Source: Octopus bimaculoides (lineage: Eukaryota). From it: 64,000 nucleotides of DNA. The translations under genes were made by a program, and so were the position numbers. Of the stretch, positions 51,245 to 64,000 are shown piece by piece. The DNA is taken from assembly GCF_001194135.2 (NCBI RefSeq), contig NC_068985.1, positions 115,034,034 through 115,098,033 of the forward strand, in the 5' to 3' direction. Every line of letters starts with the position of its first letter. Within the stretch, counting starts at the first letter, position 1. The notes beneath the pieces are model-generated. The model saw nothing but the letters and a program-made list of their open reading frames with translations. It made no database searches and was not told where the DNA came from.

Positions 51245-52576
51245 GCAGTGTGTGTGTGTGTGTGTGCGCCCGCGTTTGTACGTATGTATATGCATAATAT
51301 ATATGTGTGTGTGGGTGTTTCTGTATCAAGTACAGGAGGTCTGAACAACCGTGTTGCTCGAGGTCCAATGTTCCAAAAAAGAATTATTTCATGTTCTCTC
51401 GAAAGCTCGGAAGCGAATATATATTTTTATGATCTCAACGATATACATGTAAATGTATGTCTACCTATGTATGTATGTATGTATGTATGTATGTATGTAT
51501 GTATATGCTATATATATATATATATATATATATATANNNNNNNNNNNNNNNNNNNNNNNNNNNNNNNNNNNNNNNNNNNNNNNNNNNNNNNNNNNNNNNN
51601 NNNNNNNNNNNNNNNNNNNNNNNNNNNNNNNNNNNNNNNNNNNNNNNNNNNNNNNNNNNNNNNNNNNNNNNNNNNNNNNNNNNNNNNNNNNNNNNNNNNN
51701 NNNNNNNNNNNNNNNNNNNNNNNNNNNNNNNNNNNNNNNNNNNNNNNNNNNNNNNNNNNNNNNNNNNNNNNNNNNNNNNNNNNNNNNNNNNNNNNNNNNN
51801 NNNNNNNNNNNNNNNNNNNNNNNNNNNNNNNNNNNNNNNNNNNNNNNNNNNNNNNNNNNNNNNNNNNNNNNNNNNNNNNNNNNNNNNNNNNNNNNNNNNN
51901 NNNNNNNNNNNNNNNNNNNNNNNNNNNNNNNNNNNNNNNNNNNNNNNNNNNNNNNNNNNNNNNNNNNNNNNNNNNNNNNNNNNNNNNNNNNNNNNNNNNN
52001 NNNNNNNNNNNNNNNNNNNNNNNNNNNNNNNNNNNNNNNNNNNNNNNNNNNNNNNNNNNNNNNNNNNNNNNNNNNNNNNNNNNNNNNNNNNNNNNNNNNN
52101 NNNNNNNNNNNNNNNNNNNNNNNNNNNNNNNNNNNNNNNNNNNNNNNNNNNNNNNNNNNNNNNNNNNNATATATATATATATATATATATATATAAAGAT
52201 ATATATATGTGCACATATCTATGTATGTATATGTACATATATATATTTATGTGTGTGTGTGTGTGTGTTTGTATGTTTGTATGTGTGTGTTTGTGTGTGT
52301 CTGTGTGCTTATATGCGTAAAGGTAATAAATATATAACTCTGATTATGTAGGCTCAGTGATTGTATCATAACTCTTTCAATAGATTTGAATGCTGATGGA
52401 AATGTCGTCTAGGGATAATTTGTCTTCCAAGAGGCCGAAAGAGCAAAGTATATTACTAATTAGAGATATATAACAAGCATAAAAATATCACACAAGTGTA
52501 CAAGATTGACGGTCAAGCATCAATAACCACGTAACTCATGTGCTAATACAGCTAGGTTATGTATACGCATAGTTAC

Positions 52577-52621
<45 letters not shown>

Positions 52622-52853
52622 NNNNNNNNNNCACACACACACCCACACACACACACACACATACACACACACACACACACAATATATGGTAATATAATAA
52701 GATGTATATATTACAGTATGCTAGATTATAATATCATATTATGTATATATATTGATATACAGATAGGGAGACACATACGTACATACATGCATACATACAC
52801 GCACACTCACACGTATATACATATACACGCGCGCACACACTCACGGACACACA

Positions 52854-52898
<45 letters not shown>

Positions 52899-55510
52899 CT
52901 ATTGAACTATCTCTCCATCTCCCTCTCTTTATCTCTTCCTCTTTCTCTTTCTCTCCATATATATATAAACATATCTATTTATATTATTTCATGTAAATGT
53001 ATTGAGTCTCTGTGAAATAGTCTTCGCCTTAAACTATATCGTCTTCAGAAACTTGAAATGAGGACCAAACTGTTTAGTTTCGTGCTTTATTAAAGATTTA
53101 TCAGGGATCACATATGCTGAGAGGCATAAAGAAGTTTGAAGCACAATGCCTTGAGATACTGCTCTACAGAGTATTACGCTGCGCCTTGCCATTCTTCTAA
53201 ATTACTAGTCTGAACAAAAAAATATAAGCAGGATCGGCTCCTATTTTTTCTCAGTTGAGTGATTTGATATGGGAAAGACAGACATCCAGCAGTAAAAGAA
53301 AAATATTGTTCTCATAAAAAAGAAACATCCCATTAAATATGGACGTAAAATAGCAAACGCACAAAAATAGAAATAAAAAAGAATGAATAAAGAAAGATCG
53401 TAAAAAAAGCAATTAAATCTGTAGATAGAATTGAACCTATAATCATTCGGACATCATTCTTTTTATATTGAACGGGAAAATATATCATTAGAATCCTAAG
53501 CAATATTTGAAGACAGTTTTGTAAAAGCAGCGCTATTAGTAGAGCAGATAAAAAGCTTCTTACGGTGAATAGAATAATAAAGCTGGAGAAGCCTCTTATA
53601 TTTCTATAAAGGCAGTTGATGTAGCGCTACAAGTACATGGAATTGGTGTTGGTAATGTCGATGTTCGTTGATGACAATGTTGCTGGAAATGAGTGTGCTG
53701 GGGGTGGTTGGTTTTGGTAGCAATGAAATGTTCCTCGCAATTTCTAATAAACGGGCGGCCATCTTGCCTGCTTACTTGGCTAGTAATGAACAACTTCAAG
53801 TGCAGTGATATATATACCTTACATACAGCTGGCTGAATTCGAACGATTGAAGATCTGTAAAAATATGTTCAACTCTGATGTGCTCAGTTTGAACTAAATT
53901 CTAATTCTCTTCTCATTCGGCCTCTGTATATCCTGTGAGAAATTGTCCAGCAGCTTAGATAGCAGTAGTAGTAGTAGCAGCAGCAGCACATTTTCAATTC
54001 AAGAATATTCTTCACAAAGAATCAATAAACAACACTTACGGATTCCTCAAGAACCTTTTGTAAAAAGGAATGGAAATAGCAGACTAAAATCTGAAAATGA
54101 GCTTTACATAGCAATTTCGATGAGGAAAATGCTATAATGAGATGCAAATAAACTAGCAGCTGAGAGAAATCCTTTCAAAAGTTAATTATCTTAGAGTAAC
54201 GTGCTTCCAATTTAACACTCAGAAAGTGCGACCATTTTTATAGCTAAAAGGTCACCTGGAGTAATTCTAAAGAATTCTAAAGCCGCTGTATACATCAGAG
54301 GTTTGTAAAGAAAGAGATGAGACACAGGAGCTAAACGAACAACTATTGAAAAGATGGACAATGCGTTTAAAATAGAATGACAGCAACAAAATAAAAACCC
54401 AAATTCCAAATATGCGCGCGCGCGCGCGCGTGTGTGTGTGTGTCTGTGTGTGTGTGTGTGTGTATGCGGGTGTATGCATATCTGAATATGTATAACACAG
54501 GTAAGTGTGTATGTGTGTGTATATTATATATATATATGTATATATATGTATATATATANNNNNNNNNNNNNNNNNNNNNNNNNNNNNNNNNNNNNNNNNN
54601 NNNNNNNNNNNNNNNNNNNNNNNNNNNNNNNNNNNNNNNNNNNNNNNNNNNNNNNNNNNNNNNNNNNNNNNNNNNNNNNNNNNNNNNNNNNNNNNNNNNN
54701 NNNNNNNNNNNNNNNNNNNNNNNNNNNNNNNNNNNNNNNNNNNNNNNNNNNNNNNNNNNNNNNNNNNNNNNNNNNNNNNNNNNNNNNNNNNNNNNNNNNN
54801 NNNNNNNNNNNNNNNNNNNNNNNNNNNNNNNNNNNNNNNNNNNNNNNNNNNNNNNNNNNNNNNNNNNNNNNNNNNNNNNNNNNNNNNNNNNNNNNNNNNN
54901 NNNNNNNNNNNNNNNNNNNNNNNNNNNNNNNNNNNNNNNNNNNNNNNNNNNNNNNNNNNNNNNNNNNNNNNNNNNNNNNNNNNNNNNNNNNNNNNNNNNN
55001 NNNNNNNNNNNNNNNNNNNNNNNNNNNNNNNNNNNNNNNNNNNNNNNNNNNNNNNNNNNNNNNNNNNNNNNNNNNNNNNNNNNNNNNNNNNNNNNNNNNN
55101 NNNNNNNNNNNNNNNNNNNNNNNNNNNNNNNNNNNNNNNNNNNNATATATATATATATATACATGATGCACATTGATGGAAGGAATATATTTAGAAAGTA
55201 AGAAGAATGCGGTGAAAGATGTTGTATATAATATATCCTTTGACCTTTAATTGTTAAAAAAAAAAATGAACAGTGGTGAGAGGAGGCTAGTTAATAGCAA
55301 ATTTGTATCACGTCAGACGCCATTTTCTTTTCTCTTCATCAATTTCTATGTGGGTGTACATTCCCGCATGCGTATACTTGTCTTGCTGTCCATTCTGTCT
55401 GTCATTCTCATGCAGACAGACGTTCACTCATACTCCTCTCTTTCCCTCATTACATTTGTGTGTATGCATATTTATAAGTGAGTGTGAGTGTTTATGCGTG
55501 CATCTGTCTG

Positions 55511-55566
<56 letters not shown>

Positions 55567-55959
55567 AACTATACGTACAGATTCACACGCACTCACACGA
55601 ACGTATGCTACACACATATATAATATGTAAGCACATATATATATGAAAATACTTATGCTTCCATATTTTGCATGAGTGACTGGACTGCTGCCGTGCTGGG
55701 GGTAATGCCTTGAAGTGTTTACTTGAGAGAATCAATCTCAGTATTTGTAACAGCTTGGCTTACTCTATCGATCTCTTCTCGCGAAATGTCTATGTTGCAA
55801 GAATATAAACTTACCAACACCGGTCGTGAAGCGGTGAGAGTCATACGCAAACACAAATAAGTACACCAATGCGCATGCACTTACACACAAACACAAACAT
55901 AAGCACGCACACACATATATAAGTAGGTAGACATACGTACATACATATATACATATATA

Positions 55960-56360
55960 TGGCGTGGCTGTGTGGTAAGAAGCTTGCTTCCCAACCACAT
56001 GGTTCCGGGTTCAGTCCCACTGCGTCACACCTTGAGCAAATGTCTTTTACTATAGTCTCGGGACTACCAAAGCTTCGTGAGTAGATTTGGTAGACGGAAA
56101 CTGTGCTTGTGTGTGTGCGTATGTATGTGTGTGTGCGTGCGTGCGCATGTGTGTATATCGGTGTCTGTATGTGTCTCACCATCATCACATGATAGGCGGT
56201 GTTTATGTGTTTTATTCCCAGTAATTTAGTGGTTCGTCAAAAGAGGCTGATAGAATAAGTTCTAGGTTTTTTAAAAATGTAAGTCCTGGGGTCGAATTGT
56301 TTTACTAAATTTCTTCAAGACGGTGCCCCAGCATGACTGTAGTCATGCTGGAACAAATAA
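55960..56360 (+). mobile_element. Family B SINE
   Basis: ATGGCGTGGCTGTGTGGTAAGAAGCTTGCTTCCCAACC…GTCCTGGGGTCGA…GGTGCCCCAGCATGAC. Confidence 0.85.
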
Positions 56361-56536
56361 NNNNNNNNNNNNNNNNNNNNNNNNNNNNNNNNNNNNNNNN
56401 NNNNNNNNNNNNNNNNNNNNNNNNNNNNNNNNNNNNNNNNNNNNNNNNNNNNNNNNNNNNNNNNNNNNNNNNNNNNNNNNNNNNNNNNNNNNNNNNNNNN
56501 NNNNNNNNNNNNNNNNNNNNNNNNNNNNNNNNNNNN

Positions 56537-56581
<45 letters not shown>

Positions 56582-56869
56582 TTGTGTGTGTGTGTCTGTA
56601 TATATACACACGAATACATGTATGTATATGTTTTGAATATATTTGCCTCTCAGCCTTTCGTGAGTGATAAATGTATTATCATTCTTTCTCGTTTTACAGG
56701 ATTATTATACTGCGCAACCTCGGTTTACGAACAATTTTTCTATCATAAAACGCGTAGGGTAAAGTACGGTATCTCATGTAACTAACACGCAAACCGGCAA
56801 CAACAGTTGGAGACAAGCTGGGAGTGTCAGCGGGTGAGCCTCAGTTGCTGTTTAGTTTTCGGTGTTGGC

Positions 56870-57125
56870 TTCTCTGGAATTTCCTTCTTCAGCAAGACAC
56901 TTTATTTCACGTTGCTCCAGTTAACACAGCTGTAGAAATGAGTTGCGACTTCACTGGTGCTAAGCTGTATCGGTCTCTGCCTTTCCCTTGGATAACATCG
57001 GTGGTGTAGAAAGGGGAGGCTGGCATGCTGGCCTTCCATAAACAACTTTGCTCGGACTTGTGCCTCGGAGGCTAACTTTCTAGGTGCAATCTCATTGTCA
57101 TTCATGACCAAAGGGAGGCTCCTCC
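56870..57125 (+). mobile_element. CORE-like SINE with a third tail type
   Basis: TTCTTCAGCAAGACACTTTATTTCACGTTGCTCCAGT…AAATGAG, followed by a tail unlike families A, B or D. Confidence 0.5.
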
Positions 57126-58473
57126 TCCATATATATACAAACATATACATACACACATATATGTACATACACACACACACACACAAACACACATGCTTAC
57201 ACACACACACACATGCTCAGTGAACAGTGTTTCCGTCGATTCAGTTCACTTGCGAGGCACCAGTCGATCTACGGCTATAATAGAAATCACTTGCCCAAGG
57301 TGCCGCGCTGTGGAATAGAACCCAAAGCCACATGATTACAAAGCGAGCTTCTCAATTACACAGCAATGCCCGTACATTTTATAACTCTGAGTGCATAAAA
57401 AGTAAGGAGCATTCATTAAACATGGTGGTGGCAGGATTCCGTAAAATGACTGTCCATTCAACTGCAGTTTCTAGCAACGCGGGCGAGGACGTAGCTGTAG
57501 TAGCAGTGATTGCTAATATGGCATCTAAAACACATACACATATAATCAGCAGAAGAAGAACAAATAAAACTTGTGCAAGTACTTATTAGTAAATCTACAG
57601 AATGGCAAGGCCTGTCTTGCTAGACGAGTTCTTTAGGCTTTATGGCTAATAAAATGTCCAAACAACCAATGCTTGTATGGAATAACGGACGCCAAAGCGG
57701 TGATAGATAATGATGACGATGTGGGAACTACATATACATACCTACATGAATATATATATATATACGTATATATGCATGTATATATATATATANNNNNNNN
57801 NNNNNNNNNNNNNNNNNNNNNNNNNNNNNNNNNNNNNNNNNNNNNNNNNNNNNNNNNNNNNNNNNNNNNNNNNNNNNNNNNNNNNNNNNNNNNNNNNNNN
57901 NNNNNNNNNNNNNNNNNNNNNNNNNNNNNNNNNNNNNNNNNNNNNNNNNNNNNNNNNNNNNNNNNNNNNNNNNNNNNNNNNNNNNNNNNNNNNNNNNNNN
58001 NNNNNNNNNNNNNNNNNNNNNNNNNNNNNNNNNNNNNNNNNNNNNNNNNNNNNNNNNNNNNNNNNNNNNNNNNNNNNNNNNNNNNNNNNNNNNNNNNNNN
58101 NNNNNNNNNNNNNNNNNNNNNNNNNNNNNNNNNNNNNNNNNNNNNNNNNNNNNNNNNNNNNNNNNNNNNNNNNNNNNNNNNNNNNNNNNNNNNNNNNNNN
58201 NNNNNNNNNNNNNNNNNNNNNNNNNNNNNNNNNNNNNNNNNNNNNNNNNNNNNNNNNNNNNNNNNNNNNNNNNNNNNNNNNNNNNNNNNNNNNNNNNNNN
58301 NNNNNNNNNNNNNNNNNNNNNNNNNNNNNNNNNNNNNNNNNNNNNNNNNNNNNNNNNNNNNNNNNNNNNNNNNNNNNNNNNNNNNNNNNNGAGAGGGCCA
58401 TGACATACTTATAATGTCTATTGGATTTCGATTTCTCTAAGGAAATTGGTGGTGCCGTGTAATTGGTGGGAGC

Positions 58474-58602
<129 letters not shown>

Positions 58603-59110
58603 AGTGATGTTGTTGTTGTTGTTGTTGTTGGTGGTGGTGGTGATGGTGATGATGAGGAAAGAAGAGGCGGAGGAGCCGGATGAGGAATGAGAGTGGGTAA
58701 GGGGGTAAGAGGGAAATGTAGCATCTGAAATATAGACGATGTAATTATCTGCAGCGGTCAAAGAAGTCCGCTAATAGGATCGTAAGTCATAGAAATGACC
58801 AATAGAAACAGACGTTCATGTAAGTATCATTAGCGTTAAAGATAATAAGATAAAAGTCAAAGATAAACAACGAAAACAAAAGCAAAAAAAAGAAGAAAAA
58901 CACTAAATACAATATTATTAGTAAATACAAAAAAAAATATATATATAGAAAGAAAACAAAATCTCATAGTCGAAATCGAAAATAAAAGAAACAGAAAAGC
59001 TAATACTAATACTAACAACAACAACAACAATAATAATATTAGTAATAATAATGATAATAATAATAATAATAATAATAATAGTAATAATAATAATAATAGT
59101 AATAATAATA

Positions 59111-59168
<58 letters not shown>

Positions 59169-59196
59169 CAGCAACAACAACAACAACAACAACAAC

Positions 59197-59236
<40 letters not shown>

Positions 59237-60039
59237 GATGATGAGGATGATAATGATGATGATGGTGACGATGATGATGATGATGATTCATACTTCTCCT
59301 TACCTCATTATCCTTCTTCTTCTTCTCTTCCTCTTCTCCTCCTCCTCTTCCACCTCCTCTTCCAGCCAATAATATTGATAACAATAATATGAAGAAAGAT
59401 GATTTCTTTCATGACAACAACAACAACGACAAAAACAAGATGAAGAAGAGTAATAACTATAATAATTATAATAGTAATAACATAAAAAAAAAAATAATGA
59501 TGATGGTGGTTACTTTTTTTTTTATTTACCATAGGGAGAACCAGATGAAGGGGACATTACAAGGATAGTTTACAAATTGTTTTGGGGTTTACATAAATAA
59601 TAAGAGGAAAGGAAGAGAAGAGGAGGGGAAAGAGGAAATGCAATAAATAAAAGTATGCTTAGTGCAAAACATATTTGAACAGATTCTATGATACAGCCCT
59701 CCTCATACAGGAGAAACTTTAACTCAGCTCATTCAAGGAACCCTGGACATCCAGAGTACCCTTTGATCACTCACCCACCTGTTGTTCCGCCGGCGCGTGC
59801 TTTCAGTAGGTACATTCACTCTTAACCCCTTTTGCCAGTCATCAACCTTTTGAGAAAGCCGGAGCCTGCCTTTGGTTTCTTCTAGCGAAATGGAGTTGTT
59901 TTTTTTAACCCAATATTTACATACTATTACCTATAGCTTTATCTACTTCGAGCTTCACCTTTGGAAAACGAAATTATTTCACATTCTCTCGAATTCTTAT
60001 GATGTCAACAATGTATGTATATTAAAGAATGTAGTTGTA

Positions 60040-60440
60040 TAAAGCCGGAGCACAATTTAACCTTGTATTTCTATACTTCAGGGTGAAACCCCTTCTTCAG
60101 GACATTCGGAAAAGCGGTGTTTGGAAGAAGTTTGTTGCTCAGAAGCGTGTGGGTAGGGACAGGTGAGGAAGGTGGAAAGTGACATGCGCTGACGGTTGTT
60201 GCTATAGCAACCAGTCTGTTTTGTATGGTTCCTTTCTGTTGTTAATAGCTGGTTTCAATTTATTTATAAGCTGGGCTTCCATAATTCTGAGATTACCCCT
60301 GTTGCGTTGGGTTGACATGATGGAAACTTTGAAGTTCCGGGTTTGGCACTTGTTGGAGTTTTTTTTATTTATCGAAATGTCTGTCTACTTGTGCACATTT
60401 ATACGGAGGTATAATTTCCTATTGGGGTGCTCCCTATGTA
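60040..60440 (-). mobile_element. Second Penelope-like fragment: GIY-YIG C-terminal half plus decayed hammerhead
   Basis: [17 protein letters not shown] (one frameshift)…NFKVSIMSTQRNRGNLRIMEAQLINKLKPAINNRKE…* (60440-60202). Downstream lies ATGTC-CTGAAGA-A-GGG-GTTTCA-CCC-T-GAAG-TA-TA-GAAAT (60066-60106). Confidence 0.75.
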
Positions 60441-60550
<110 letters not shown>

Positions 60551-60554
60551 TTTA

Positions 60555-60955
60555 TATGATAGACTTTCCCATCGGCTTTCGACGTATGAGGATCCGACGA
60601 CCCACTCTTTCTTTGTCAATCATAATGCCTATATCGAATGTGAGATTTCAGTCCCACAAATGATTTGCAAAGAAGCCCTCATATCTTGAAAGTATAAAGA
60701 TTACGGAAAAGAGCAAGCGGTATATTTCCAGCTGCTTTTCTCCTTTGTTTTGCATCCTTTAGCCTGTTAATGCTGTTTGAAACAAAGTCTCTTGTACCAT
60801 TTTAACACGATGATCTCCATTTTGCTCGCTCCAAAGCTGTTTGCTCAAAGGTGTTGTGAGCTATAGTGACTCCTGAGAGGTTATTCTTCAGCTTGTCCTT
60901 ATATCTCAGCTATGGTCGACCAACATTCCCGTGCCGACTGTCATATACACGATTG
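60555..60955 (-). mobile_element. RTE-clade LINE 3' end
   Basis: RHGNVGRP*LRYKDKLKNNL…FEQTALERAKWRSSC*…AKQRRKAAG…LCKSFVGLKSHIRYRH*, then a short UTR and a (TA)n tail; BovB/RTE-type C-terminus. Confidence 0.8.
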
Positions 60956-61366
60956 AGTGCGTGTATTTGTGTGTTGATGGGGTGGGAAGGGCACTGATTC
61001 CTTTTGTTTCTATGTACAAATAAGTCACGATTACAAAAGAATTAAATTAATAAATGAATTCAATCCGATGTCCTCAGCAAAGAATTACATTAACGTTACG
61101 CTCGAATGGTATGCAAGCAAACAGGAATACTTCCTCATACATAAAGGTTTCGTACAATCGATTTTACAATCACCCGATTGGATCAACTTGTCTAAAATAA
61201 TAAAGTTCTAGTATTTTAGACACGCTGATTAGAGGAGTTGATTGTAAAATCGATTGTACTAATCTTTTATATATGAGAAATATTTTTCTGTAACCACATG
61301 CATTTATACATATATAAACGCATATACATATATGTAAATAAGTATACATATATACATATGTATATA

Positions 61367-61413
<47 letters not shown>

Positions 61414-61803
61414 NNNNNNNNNNNNNNNNNNNNNNNNNNNNNNNNNNNNNNNNNNNNNNNNNNNNNNNNNNNNNNNNNNNNNNNNNNNNNNNNNNNNNNN
61501 NNNNNNNNNNNNNNNNNNNNNNNNNNNNNNNNNNNNNNNNNNNNNNNNNNNNNNNNNNNNNNNNNNNNNNNNNNNNNNNNNNNNNNNNNNNNNNNNNNNN
61601 NNNNNNNNNNNNNNNNNNNNNNNNNNNNNNNNNNNNNNNNNNNNNNNNNNNNNNNNNNNNNNNNNNNNNNNNNNNNNNNNNNNNNNNNNNNNNNNNNNNN
61701 NNNNNNNNNNNNNNNNNNNNNNNNNNNATATATATATATATATATATACACACATACACATACATATGTATACACAAAAACACACACGCACACGTATATG
61801 ATA

Positions 61804-61848
<45 letters not shown>

Positions 61849-62101
61849 GTGAAACTGATTATACACCTCTGGGTGTTGCTGCTTCTACGACTTCTACTAT
61901 TAATAGTACAACTTCTCCTTGTGATAGTATATATCGTATGTGTACGTATGTGTGTGTATATGTGCGTGTATCTGTGTGTGTGCAAGCATACTTGTATGCA
62001 TATATACACACATGCTTATATATATGCATACATAGACACTCACGTAGTCAAACACAATCTCATGTTCATGGCAACAATTTTGAGAATACGTTTTCGCCAC
62101 A

Positions 62102-62146
<45 letters not shown>

Positions 62147-62169
62147 TGTGTTTGTGTGTGCAATATATC

Positions 62170-62900
62170 ACGTAATGGCTCCACTATTAATATCTGTGTT
62201 GATGACGCCAATCAAAAGTCCGATTAGCTCTTAACTTCCCAGGATCTGTGATGAAACTGTATTGCTATTTTAGATAAGGTCATCTATAACATACCATTCG
62301 ATAAACCTGCTCAACGCTCTTTGTTGAGGACGATAACCCTTGCACTTGTGATATATATATCTTTCATAGATCTTTGCGTAGCAGTAAACAATACCTTTGT
62401 CTACATTTGGATTTATGTCTGATAATCGATCTATATCTAACGAAGCTATTATTTAGAATTTCATTTAAGTTTCAAGTATTCTTCCATTTTGGTAAACTTC
62501 ACGATTTTAACAGTTAGCTTTGGCATCAGTGTGTTGGTGTCTCCAGGGAAAATAGTGGCCTGACTCGATAATTTTCCTTGCGGCAACTGATTTGGAAAGG
62601 AATTATTTGAAGTCTTTAAGCGGGGTCTGATGAAGAACATTGTAGCCGTAGCGAAATAGATGGAGAGAAGACACAGCGTATTTGAGAATCAGTAATCTGC
62701 TGATGTCTTAATCTCTATTATTCATTGGAATAAGTGTTCTTAGGATTTATGCTATTTTGAGCGTGTGAGTACCATCGATCCAGATTTGGTGGGAGTGAGT
62801 CATTGTAAGTTTTACTTTTGCTCTGCATATCATAATATTCTCTGGTTCTAAAGACGACAGCTAGACATTATAGTGCAAGAAGAGCGTTGTAGTTTACTTG
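62170..62900 (-). mobile_element. Decayed LINE relic (AP-endonuclease-like, then RT-thumb-like segments)
   Basis: SIYFAT and TIFPGDTN resemble the APE motifs SxYAPT and IxxGDFN. Downstream IVLNKER/EQV and ILGS resemble the late RT region. Confidence 0.3.
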
Positions 62901-62999
62901 AAGCAATGTGACACAGAAGTAAAATTACAAATAGTGTACATGGGGAGCTTTTAACAACGCAAAAAAATGTAAGTTAAGTAACATTTACATACAATGTAT

Positions 63000-63200
63000 C
63001 GGGCACAAACGCCCATCATTAGAAATGAATGGCTTAGAAATGTAATTTTACGTAGGTTCGGCCATGCTGATTGCCGCATGGGGCCACTGCCCGTACGGCT
63101 ATCAAAATGTGACGGTCTACAGGGATCACTGTCCGTACGGCGATCAACATGGCAGGATCTACTTAAACCTACGTTTCTGAGGTGTTCATTTCCCATGAAG
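63000..63200 (+). mobile_element. Possible decayed RTE C-terminal relic
   Basis: IIRNEWLR…RRFGHADCRMG…GSLSVRRSTWQDLLK resembles IRNEE.R…RWFGHV.RM…GRP..TWQD. Confidence 0.35.
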
Positions 63201-63579
63201 TATCTTTGTGCTGAAATACTTAATCTCCCTTTGCACATTGTTAAAAGCCTCCTCTCTTCATTATTTGTTATTTTACTATTATACCGCAGTTTTGATTATA
63301 ATATTTGTGTAGGCCTGCTACAGAAGATTATCAGAAGAAATTATGTGACCGAACGCTTGTAGCAAATTTGTGAGTTTAAAAAGTAGCTTACTCAGGACTA
63401 GAATGCGTGGATTTAAATATAATTTTCTTTATGTCTGAAGTTATTGTAACGTTGTGCTGTTGTAAGAGAAAATATTAGTAAACATAAATGCATATTAATA
63501 GATGTTCGCATTGTTTCTGTTCAAGGACTCAGTTCATTACAAGAGCGATATTTTTAGATTCCGTCTGTGTGGTTACATG

Positions 63580-63980
63580 ATATCATATATATGTATACAT
63601 AGGCGCATTGTTCCGAGAGCAGTCCCACTGTGTGGTACATTGGGCAAGTGTTCTCTACTATAGCTTCGAGCCGACCAAAACCATGTGAGTGGAGTTGGTA
63701 GACGGAAACTGAAAGAAGCCCGTTGTATATATATATGTGCGTAGGTGTCTCTGTGTATCTGTGTATGTATGTATATGTCTGTGTATCTGTTTGTCCCCCC
63801 ACCATCATTTAACAACCGATGTTGGAGTGTTTATGTTCTCGTAACTTAGCGTTTCGGCAGAAGTGACCGAAAGAATAAGTACTAGGCTTACAAAGAATAA
63901 GTCCTGGGATTGATTTGTTCGACTAAAGGCGGTACTCCAGCATGGCCGCAGTCAAATGAATGAAACAAATAAATAAAAGA
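63580..63980 (+). mobile_element. Family B SINE
   Basis: …CATTGGGCAAGTGTTCTCTACTATAGC…GAATAAGTCCTGGGATTGATTTGTTCGACTAAAGGCGG…GGCCGCAGTCAAATGA. Confidence 0.85.
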
Positions 63981-64000
63981 ATATATATACATATATATAT

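Noticed and set aside
53596-53800. AVDVALQVHGIG after a possible acceptor, reminiscent of acyl-CoA dehydrogenases
   Set aside because: Only about 12 residues, the frame closes quickly and no other exons were found; chance similarity is likely.
62627-62665. CTGATGA…CGAAA spacing like a hammerhead
   Set aside because: No stem II or stem I pairing; it is antisense to a putative LINE relic.

Overview
Gappy, AT-rich, microsatellite-dense eukaryotic DNA, with roughly 9-10 kb of N by rough tally. The repeat families (tRNA/CORE-type SINEs with internal (TA)n/(TG)n tracts, RTE relics, Penelope-like elements) suggest an octopus genome; this is inference from repeat style, not a database match. I could not support any host protein-coding exon, and nearly all supplied ORFs are microsatellite or N-gap artefacts, so the window looks intronic or intergenic. 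Supported content: three or four SINE families (dispersed, nested, chimeric, tandem); several decayed RTE-clade LINE fragments; a clear R4/Dong-clade fragment beside an (AAT)n array; two Penelope-like GIY-YIG fragments; a Helentron-associated (HINE/DINE-1-like) MITE; a hAT-like MITE; and fold-back hairpins. The most interesting signal is a set of hammerhead-ribozyme (HHR) motifs. Two have an intact canonical core (39235-39282 +, 15309-15378 -) and two are decayed (42.0 kb, 60.1 kb). Five copies of a short non-coding element carry a minimal HHR with a fixed A6->U core change (CUGUNGA) while position 7 varies; two of these form a head-to-head fold-back at 19.6-19.96 kb. All structures were paired by eye and no activity is shown.
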